Source of the DNA: a virus
Taxonomy: Duplodnaviria > Caudoviricetes
Reading direction: 5' to 3' (one strand)
DNA length: 25,659 nt
Virus record (IMG/VR): IMGVR_UViG_3300011439_000044
Span: 1-25,659 of that record
Position numbers and translations under genes: made by a program. How positions within the stretch are numbered: position 1 is the stretch's first letter; each line of letters opens with the position of its first letter. The notes under the pieces were generated by a model. It was given only the letters and a program-made list of their open reading frames with translations. It was not told the origin of the DNA and did not search any database. This document shows, in pieces, positions 1 through 6,175 of this stretch.

Positions 1-16
1 AAGTATAAGCCAGGAG

Positions 17-367
17 ATGACGATCCTTGTGAAACAACGCAAGAGAATCATAGATATGCGGAGCACCGGCCGGAAACGGGGCCGGGCAACTCTATTTCGT
101 GAATGGGTTCCTTTTGTATGCAATGGATGGTGTGAAAGGACGAGTGTTAAGCCCCCTCCTGATGCGCCTGAATGGTTCGAGGAACTCTGGACGGAAGAAA
201 AACGTGAACTCAACTATTCGTTACAAGTGAACCACATTAACAAGGACATTTCCGATAACGATCCCGCGAATCTCGAATGGTTGTGTGCTGACTGTCATAA
301 GTTGAAGGATTCGCAAACAGGAGTTGGTGAGATTGACCGCTCCGAGTACGGCTATCTCCAACTTTAA
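17..367 (+). CDS. HNH endonuclease
   Basis: N-terminal Cys pair (C-NGW-C) followed by LQVNHINKDISDNDPANLEWLCADCH, a typical ββα-Me/HNH motif with a terminal CxxCH. The start may be the ATG at 56. Confidence 0.8.
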   Translation: MTILVKQRKRIIDMRSTGRKRGRATLFREWVPFVCNGWCERTSVKPPPDAPEWFEELWTEEKRELNYSLQVNHINKDISDNDPANLEWLCADCHKLKDSQTGVGEIDRSEYGYLQL

Positions 368-379
368 GGTAGAAAGGGC

Positions 380-408
380 TTGACAAGTGGCTCGAAAGGG
401 AGCACACT
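380..408 (+). promoter_or_regulatory. Housekeeping sigma70/SigA-type promoter
   Basis: Perfect TTGACA (380-385), a 17-nt spacer and CACACT (403-408, a TANNNT variant). It is intergenic, with a GGGAGG SD before the ATG at 455. Confidence 0.65.
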
Positions 409-454
409 GAGGGTCCACCCCAACACCTAGCCCCAAATATGGGAGGGAAAAAGT

Positions 455-1243
455 ATGTCAATTGATGTATCTCCCCTGGTGGAGATGTTCCGAGACTCGG
501 AAGCTAAAGTTAAGGCTCTTGATGAGGTTCTTGATGCGGCTACCGATCAGAAGAGTGCTGGCCGAAGGGCCGTGATTAACTCACTTGTTGCTAACAACGA
601 GGATGAGGTTAACTCAATCGTTGAGCAATTCAAGGCTGCTCTTGCAGGAAGTCCCCCCGAGCACGCTTTCGGGGTTTACTTTGGAGTCCTTCGTGGACTT
701 CGTAATGAGTTCGACGAGAATGGTGTTGCTTACGCCGAGTCTCTTGTTGAGCAAAGGCCGCAGGTTAAGGTTGATCCTGCGGAGGTTGAGAGGGCAAACG
801 CTGACCGCTCTAATAAGGTTGAGCAGTTGAAGCACCTTCGTGCAATCCTTGCAACTTCCCTTTCCGAAGAGGAACTGGAAGCTTTCAAGGTTCCTCGTCG
901 GCGTTCTATGGGTGGTCCGCGTGGAAAGCGAGCAATCGGTTTCTACACTTGGACTGTCGATGGAGTTCCTTTCGAGGGTAACATCACCGAGTTGGCTAAG
1001 CATCTTGGTTACGAGCGTCCTGCGGATCTTCGTGACGAGATGAAGGTTGAAGTTGACGGAAAGCCTCTGATCAACCTGACCAAGCCACCGGACGTTATCA
1101 ACTTCACCACTTCTGGTGGAAACGTTCTTGTTGGAACGAAGTCTGCCGATGCTCCGAATTGGGAAGAGGTTCCCGACGAGGATGCCGATGATGATGATGA
1201 TGTAGATGAGAACGAGGAAAGTAACGTCCCCGTTAACGTCTAA
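455..1243 (+). CDS. Hypothetical protein (262 aa), possibly nucleic-acid binding, with acidic C-terminal tail
   Basis: Long ORF with strong SD and biased codon use. It has a helical N-terminal half, a basic linker (PRRRSMGGPRGKR), an HTH-like ITELAKHLG segment and a DEDADDDDDVDENEE tail. Confidence 0.8.
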   Translation: MSIDVSPLVEMFRDSEAKVKALDEVLDAATDQKSAGRRAVINSLVANNEDEVNSIVEQFKAALAGSPPEHAFGVYFGVLRGLRNEFDENGVAYAESLVEQRPQVKVDPAEVERANADRSNKVEQLKHLRAILATSLSEEELEAFKVPRRRSMGGPRGKRAIGFYTWTVDGVPFEGNITELAKHLGYERPADLRDEMKVEVDGKPLINLTKPPDVINFTTSGGNVLVGTKSADAPNWEEVPDEDADDDDDVDENEESNVPVNV

Positions 1244-1260
1244 AGTTCCCCCCAGGGAAA

Positions 1261-1343
1261 CTCTCTGGCAGGTTTGCGACTCCCATTCTTGGTCCCCCTT
1301 AGAATGGTAGAGTTCCAAAGTTCGATTCTTTGGCAGAGAGCCG
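1261..1343 (+). ncRNA. tRNA-like small RNA resembling the tmRNA tRNA-like domain; not a canonical tRNA
   Basis: Closing stem CTCTCTG(1261-67)/CAGAGAG(1334-40). T-arm CCAAAG-TTCGATT-CTTTGG (1315-33). GGTTTGCGAC lies in the D region. Long arm GACTC/GAGTT plus CCATTCT/AGAATGG with an 11-nt loop. Confidence 0.65.
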
Positions 1344-1386
1344 GGGGAGAGTCTAGTTCTTACACCTTTCTCACTAGACTCTCCCC
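1344..1386 (+). terminator. 14-bp hairpin (terminator, processing site or sRNA stem-loop)
   Basis: GGGGAGAGTCTAGT (1344-57) / ACTAGACTCTCCCC (1373-86) with a pyrimidine-rich loop and no U-tract. Confidence 0.5.
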
Positions 1387-1394
1387 TAAAGATT

Positions 1395-1820
1395 TGTACC
1401 GCTAAGGGATTGCCTCTAGCAAGGAACCTTTAGTCCTAGGGAGAAACCCAAAGCACGCTAGCCCGCCAAAGGTTAGAAGGTCCGAAAGGAAATCGGATGC
1501 GGGGAAAACCCGCATGGTGTAGAGGTACTTAACCGGAGAGTTAGATGCTAGTCTTTCTCTCCGGGGAATCGTGATGGGTTCCACGTCCGGGAAGTAATCG
1601 GGAGTAACGGCCACAACGGACATACCGCCCGGCCCATCAAGGACTAAAGAACCAGGACAAAAAGCGGAGATATCCGTAACAACCCTGGGATGCCAAAGAG
1701 GACAGGTACGCCTGTATCTTCTAAGGAACATCGGTCGATAGACCGGCGGGAGAGATAGAAGGGGTACCCTTAGCCAATCCCTCAACCGATGTTGAGGCCG
1801 CTAAGCTTTTATCTCTCCTG
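1395..1820 (+). ncRNA. Putative large structured ncRNA, family unassigned
   Basis: No credible CDS. About ten helices are visible, e.g. 1428-37/1640-49, 1497-1503/1509-15, 1533-40/1557-64, 1572-80/1631-39, 1702-06/1711-15, 1749-61/1806-18 and 1780-86/1791-97. Strand is inferred from GAAA/UACG loops, G-U pairs and gene context. Confidence 0.6.
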
Positions 1821-1845
1821 AATATTTCTAACGAGAGGAAAGAAT

Positions 1846-2244
1846 ATGGCAACCCCCACTTGCGAATGCGGACTAGATCCTGGGTCGGAATTTCATGAAG
1901 ATTGGCATAGTTCATGCGTTTCTTTATGGGATGGAAAGACTCAGATGATTTTAGAATTGCATCGTCTCATTGAACTTCTCACCAAGCCCCACGATCCAAA
2001 TGAAATAGGCATGGCTTACATTAGAGGGGTAGCAATTCAAGAGATAAGTGTAATGTGGGGAACTATTTCCTCCATGATAAAGACTTTCTCTGATCCAGTA
2101 GAATGGAAGCGGCAAGGCGAAGACTTCGAGAAAGTAATAGATGTCGCTAAGAAGATCAAGGAAGAAATAAAGGCTAAGCCACCCCAAGAAATTGCAAGAA
2201 CACTGGCCGATCTAATCGGCAGAAAGAAGGATTCTGATGGCTGA
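1846..2244 (+). CDS. Hypothetical protein with possible N-terminal metal-binding Cys/His cluster
   Basis: GAGGA SD; CECG..H..WH..C; overlaps the start of the next gene. Confidence 0.75.
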   Translation: MATPTCECGLDPGSEFHEDWHSSCVSLWDGKTQMILELHRLIELLTKPHDPNEIGMAYIRGVAIQEISVMWGTISSMIKTFSDPVEWKRQGEDFEKVIDVAKKIKEEIKAKPPQEIARTLADLIGRKKDSDG

Positions 2245-2737
2245 AAGTCGCTGGGGAAAGCCCGGTTTCGAGCAACCATTCTCTATTCCCAATGATCTAC
2301 GCCGAACCGTAAGTAAGTTCTCAATAGCCACCCGGCAGAAGATCTATGCCTACATTCAGCGAGGCGGAATATTCAACTACGCTTCTTGGGATGGTTGCGT
2401 GATGAATGCTGCTTCCGGTGGACAAGTTCGTTCACACCAGGCAGCGGCAGAGTATTTCGGTGAATTAGAATACGACGTTACGAATTTCATCATTGCTTGG
2501 GATAGATTTGCTGCTATTTCTCCCTCTAGGGAAACGGCAACTCGAACTCTTAAGACTATTCTCGAACGGACTGGTCTTGTCGAAGCTTCTCCCAAGGAAG
2601 TTTCCACGGCGAAGATTTATCGTGTACGGATCTTTACCTCTAAGGAAACTAAGATGGTTGAGGAACTTCGGGCAGAGATTGAAGCCGGTGCCTTCGATAA
2701 CATTGTCGAAGAGATGAAGGAACTCTGCTTTGTCTGA
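2237..2737 (+). CDS. Hypothetical protein (166 aa)
   Basis: AAGGA SD; coupled by overlap to both neighbours. Confidence 0.75.
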   Translation: MAESRWGKPGFEQPFSIPNDLRRTVSKFSIATRQKIYAYIQRGGIFNYASWDGCVMNAASGGQVRSHQAAAEYFGELEYDVTNFIIAWDRFAAISPSRETATRTLKTILERTGLVEASPKEVSTAKIYRVRIFTSKETKMVEELRAEIEAGAFDNIVEEMKELCFV

Positions 2738-2909
2738 CACTCAGGGCCATCTTAAGAAGGCAGCAGAGTATCTCGATCAGGCAGATAAAGTAGCAGATTT
2801 TAAACACCCCAATCCCTCTAAAGCTCAATGGGCACAAGTTCATGCTCTTGCTACTTTGTCCGCTGCTCATCTAACAATGGCTGCTGCTTGTGAGGCTTTC
2901 AATGGCTAG
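2730..2909 (+). CDS. Small hypothetical protein (59 aa), absent from the ORF track
   Basis: TTG start after AAGGAA. Reads MSDTQGHLKKAAEYLDQADK...AACEAFNG* and fills the gap exactly, with 8-nt overlaps on both sides. Confidence 0.7.
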   Translation: MSDTQGHLKKAAEYLDQADKVADFKHPNPSKAQWAQVHALATLSAAHLTMAAACEAFNG

Positions 2910-3210
2910 ACAAGCCGGCCCATTAGTTCTGCGTCGAGTCTATGATAATCAAGACTTCGCAGATGCCCTACAAATGATGCTGAACAGGATGGCGTTTAGC
3001 GAGCAGAAATATGGACCGCTCGAAAGCAACTATCCTGTTCCTCATCATGCTCGACGAAATGCCCGAGCAAGATTAGCTCGTTATGAGAACACTCATAACA
3101 GGGAGTATCTTCTGGACGTGGCTAACTTCGCAATCATTGAATACCTGCGTCCCTCTTTTCCTGACGCTTACTTCGAGGCAATGCCTGCCGAAGCAACGAG
3201 TCTAGAATGA
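2902..3210 (+). CDS. Hypothetical protein, possibly MazG-like all-alpha nucleotide pyrophosphohydrolase fold
   Basis: ATG 2902 with a GAGG SD. NRM..S..KYG and EYLLDVANFA resemble the KYG...ExxDxxN pattern of phage NTP-PPase-like proteins. Function is tentative. Confidence 0.5.
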   Translation: MARQAGPLVLRRVYDNQDFADALQMMLNRMAFSEQKYGPLESNYPVPHHARRNARARLARYENTHNREYLLDVANFAIIEYLRPSFPDAYFEAMPAEATSLE

Positions 3211-3230
3211 TCCTCAACGAAAGGAAACAT

Positions 3231-3608
3231 ATGAGGAAGCGAATGGCGGGAATTCTTCTCGCTGGTGCAATTACAGCAGGAACATTGGGAGTTACTTCTC
3301 CCGCAGAAGCTCATTCATTTGGAGCACAAGGACCACCCCATACTCACCTTACTAATCCGGGGTGTACGACCACCAACTGTTACCGTTGGATTCTTCAAAA
3401 CGGCGCCATCATGCAAGGCCCGTGGGCACACTTCGCTGGACAACTTGGTTACGTCCTGGTGATGTGTTCTTTGAAGGACAATATTAGTGGTTCTTGGAGA
3501 TGGGAGTGGAATCCTGATCCGTGGGGTTCATCGGGTTCGCCTGGCAACCTGTACCCGTACTGCCTCAGCCCTATTTATTCTGGCACGGCCTGGCCTAAGC
3601 GGCCATAA
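3231..3608 (+). CDS. Secreted protein with Sec signal peptide and 4 Cys
   Basis: GAAAGGA SD. MRKR + hydrophobic core + PAEA|H signal-peptidase site. The ~98-aa mature part is rich in Trp/Gly/Pro. Confidence 0.8.
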   Translation: MRKRMAGILLAGAITAGTLGVTSPAEAHSFGAQGPPHTHLTNPGCTTTNCYRWILQNGAIMQGPWAHFAGQLGYVLVMCSLKDNISGSWRWEWNPDPWGSSGSPGNLYPYCLSPIYSGTAWPKRP

Positions 3609-3616
3609 GTAATAAC

Positions 3617-3659
3617 TCCCCGGACCCTGAAAGAGGTAGGATCGAATCCAGTCCGGGGA
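3617..3659 (+). promoter_or_regulatory. Compact three-way-junction RNA element directly before the exonuclease start
   Basis: 9-bp stem TCCCCGGAC/GTCCGGGGA encloses CCT-GAAAG-AGG and GG-ATCGAAT-CC hairpins. Confidence 0.45.
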
Positions 3660-3662
3660 ACT

Positions 3663-4544
3663 ATGAATGATGTACCCAAAGTCTCCCACTCACAAGTCCA
3701 AACCTTCCTCCGCTGTAGGAAGAATTGGCAATACGCCTACATTGATAAGTGGATGCCCAAAGAGCGGAACAAAGCAATGGAGTTGGGCGACTATTGTCAT
3801 GGTAAGCTAGACATATACTATCAGTTGCTCCGCCAAACTCAGGACCCGGAGGAACTGTTAGACGCATTGCAAACCAATATCCTAGAGGATATTCTTGAAG
3901 ATGGTTCCAATGGAGAGATAGTTTCCCGCTGTATTCAAATGATGACTCGATACATTCGAGAGCATTCCCCTGGGGTAGACGTAGACATTGAAATCATCGA
4001 GTCTGAAATGCACTTCGAGGCTCCCCTTAGAACACCTAAGGGTCGAGACTTTATCCTTGAAGGATACGTTGATCTGCTATACTCAATCGGCGGACAGATT
4101 AGAGTTCGTGACCATAAGACAACAGGTAAACCCAACAACTTTCGCAAGCAAGGCGTGACCGAGTATGATCAACAGCAGCCTACGTATATAGGCGGGCTGA
4201 GAACCGTAGGCATCCCGGTATTCCGGGGAGAAGTTAATGAACTCATCACTTATCCATATAAGAATTACATGCAGGAACCAATTGATAAGTTGATGAGAGT
4301 CACTCCTACTTACCGAACCGATCTACAAATCCAAGCAGCAATGGATTGGTATGGACAAGTAGTAGATCAGATGATCGAAGAACAAGTATTCCTTCGCTCA
4401 CTCGATCCGGGTTGTCGGTATTGTAACTTCCGGGAGCCTTGTTTAATGTCTCAACAGGGGATTGATGATGGACCTATCCTTGACCTCGCCTTCAAGAAAA
4501 AAGATGGATGGAGTGAATACCATGCAAATACGCCCCGTCCATAG
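3663..4544 (+). CDS. PD-(D/E)XK exonuclease (RecB/AddB/Cas4-like phage exonuclease)
   Basis: SHSQ..FLRC, G..CH, E.HF, GYVDL..., DHKTT, Q...Y and a C-terminal CRYCNFREPC (Fe-S staple). Confidence 0.9.
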   Translation: MNDVPKVSHSQVQTFLRCRKNWQYAYIDKWMPKERNKAMELGDYCHGKLDIYYQLLRQTQDPEELLDALQTNILEDILEDGSNGEIVSRCIQMMTRYIREHSPGVDVDIEIIESEMHFEAPLRTPKGRDFILEGYVDLLYSIGGQIRVRDHKTTGKPNNFRKQGVTEYDQQQPTYIGGLRTVGIPVFRGEVNELITYPYKNYMQEPIDKLMRVTPTYRTDLQIQAAMDWYGQVVDQMIEEQVFLRSLDPGCRYCNFREPCLMSQQGIDDGPILDLAFKKKDGWSEYHANTPRP

Positions 4545-4737
4545 TGTCACCCTAATCTTTGCCGACGGCACGGTAGATACCTTTACACTACAGGAGGGGG
4601 CCGGATACTATAGGGAATCCTACACTTACGAGGCTACCGATAAAGAGGGACTTAGTAAATGGGGGGGCCGAATTGAAACCCATGAAATATTCTGGACAGA
4701 ACGAAAGGACAGAGATGCTGACGACTCAGCAGGTTAG
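4522..4737 (+). CDS. Hypothetical protein (71 aa)
   Basis: ATG 4522 with a GGAG SD; overlaps both neighbours. Confidence 0.65.
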   Translation: MQIRPVHSVTLIFADGTVDTFTLQEGAGYYRESYTYEATDKEGLSKWGGRIETHEIFWTERKDRDADDSAG

Positions 4738-4891
4738 TAAGCTGCTTAACGACATTGCTAGTGAGGTATATAACGCCAAGGCAATGCCTGTTGTAGAAGA
4801 TCCTCCCGATCAAGATATGACTCGTATCTGGATTAAGGAAGGTGTCCGTCTAGAAGTTACTGGTCAGGCGCTGACTACTTATGACCTATAA
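4715..4891 (+). CDS. Hypothetical protein (58 aa)
   Basis: ATG 4715 preceded by GAAAGGA; overlaps the next start. Confidence 0.65.
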   Translation: MLTTQQVSKLLNDIASEVYNAKAMPVVEDPPDQDMTRIWIKEGVRLEVTGQALTTYDL

Positions 4892-5627
4892 GACAGGTCA
4901 ACCTAAAGCTCTAGTAGGCAACTGGTTCATCTGTTTATTTGGTGAGCCGGGAGTTGGAAAGACTTCGCTTTGTGCGTATGCTCCGCCTCCTGTTCACTGG
5001 ATAGACACTGGTAGCGAGACAATGATTCTCGCCTACACTAGTTCACTCCCTGATATGGGAGACATTCCTCAGCCGGAAGCAGTTCATTTCTGCCCGGAAC
5101 CGCAAGATGTGGCTTCTGTTCTTCTCGATGTTAAGGCGAAGAAGCTTAAGCCAGCTACTCTAGTTCTGGATAATCTTTCTGACCTGACTCATGCTCAGCT
5201 TAGAGATTCGGCAACGAAACTTAAGACTGGACGTGATCGGGCGGGAGTCACAATTCCCATTCAGGAAGATTACCTGATAGCCACTACCTTTGAGCGAAAC
5301 TTCTTCCTCGACTTTGAAGCGGAAGCCTATCCGTGTAATGTCGTGGTACTCGCTCACCGATTGGAGGAAACCAACGAGAAAACTAAACGAACAACCATCA
5401 GACCAGACCTCCCGCCAAAGTTGTCCAACCAACTTACGGGTAAGGTAAACGCACAACTCTTTATGACGCTGGAAGTTAACCAGCTTCTAAAGACCGAGAT
5501 AAGAACTGTTCGGGCAAGACCTACCAACATCATTGAAGCTAAGAACAGGTTTGATTTGCCCGCCGAATTCCCCGCTTCCGATTTGTGGAAATTGATTGGA
5601 GAGAAGAAAAGTGCAACTAAATCTTGA
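4881..5627 (+). CDS. AAA_24 / Sak4-like ATPase (ssDNA-annealing recombinase)
   Basis: Walker A GEPGVGKT, Walker B TLVLDNLS, VVVLAH and AKNRF; lies between the exonuclease and SSB. Confidence 0.85.
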   Translation: MTYKTGQPKALVGNWFICLFGEPGVGKTSLCAYAPPPVHWIDTGSETMILAYTSSLPDMGDIPQPEAVHFCPEPQDVASVLLDVKAKKLKPATLVLDNLSDLTHAQLRDSATKLKTGRDRAGVTIPIQEDYLIATTFERNFFLDFEAEAYPCNVVVLAHRLEETNEKTKRTTIRPDLPPKLSNQLTGKVNAQLFMTLEVNQLLKTEIRTVRARPTNIIEAKNRFDLPAEFPASDLWKLIGEKKSATKS

Positions 5628-6039
5628 CATGAAGAACATCAAGAACCTGTTTGAGCCGGTTCCTGATGGTCTTTACCGAGTAAGGATTACCGGATTCACC
5701 GATGAAGATTCCGGTAAGGGTCCGTGGTCCAGGGTTGATATGATGATCAGTGACGGAGAGTTCGCCGAGTCTCGGCAGCTTACCGATAACTGGATGTTCA
5801 TGGAATCTGGCCTGTGGCGGACTAAGCCCAAGATGGAAGCCTTTGCCGGTCAGAGTCTTGATGACGAAGATTTCAGTTTCGATTCGGATGAGTGGATCGG
5901 ACTTGAAGCAATGGTTACCACTACCACAGAATCCTACCCCTTGAAAGACCCAAAGCCTGGTGGACCTACTGAGGGAATTAAGTCAACGATCGTAGAATAC
6001 TACGCTCTCTCTGACTCTCCTGTGGCTTCGTCCATCTGA
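5611..6039 (+). CDS. DUF669-like single-stranded DNA-binding protein
   Basis: FEPVPDGLYRVRI signature, acidic, follows the Sak4-like gene. The GTG start at 5611 follows GGAG. Confidence 0.75.
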   Translation: MQLNLDMKNIKNLFEPVPDGLYRVRITGFTDEDSGKGPWSRVDMMISDGEFAESRQLTDNWMFMESGLWRTKPKMEAFAGQSLDDEDFSFDSDEWIGLEAMVTTTTESYPLKDPKPGGPTEGIKSTIVEYYALSDSPVASSI

Positions 6040-6045
6040 CAAGTT

Positions 6046-6152
6046 GTGGGGAGAGAGGGAAAACCCCTAACAATGGAAGCGGCTTAGTCCACTCTCATTA
6101 GTTGCGATGGTTGCTACAACAACATCAGCAAGGGCACTTCTTCTCTCCCCAC
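6046..6152 (+). promoter_or_regulatory. Multibranched structured element upstream of the primase-helicase
   Basis: 11-bp stem GTGGGGAGAGA/TCTCTCCCCAC encloses ~85 nt with internal helices (TTGC/GCAA, GATG/CATC, GTTG/CAAC, TGGA/TCCA, GGG-AAAA-CCC). Confidence 0.45.
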
Positions 6153-6175
6153 TCTGTCTGAGAAAGGGTAGGGTG

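Noticed and set aside
614-1318. 234-aa minus-strand ORF
   Set aside because: It is an antisense shadow of the codon-biased 455-1243 gene and has no motifs.
1261-1343. Canonical tRNA gene
   Set aside because: There is no proper D-arm, no 5-bp/7-nt anticodon arm and no CCA, and the T-stem is 6 bp.
1428-1649. Group I intron (TAGTC/GACTA, P7-like)
   Set aside because: The elements are in the wrong order, there is no P/Q/R/S context and no interrupted host gene.
1402-1785. 127-aa minus-strand ORF across the structured region
   Set aside because: It opposes all neighbours and has no recognisable features or clear SD. RNA structure explains the region better.
3663-4544. Cas4 as part of a CRISPR system
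   Set aside because: No array or other cas genes are present; the context is the standard exonuclease-Sak4-SSB recombination module.
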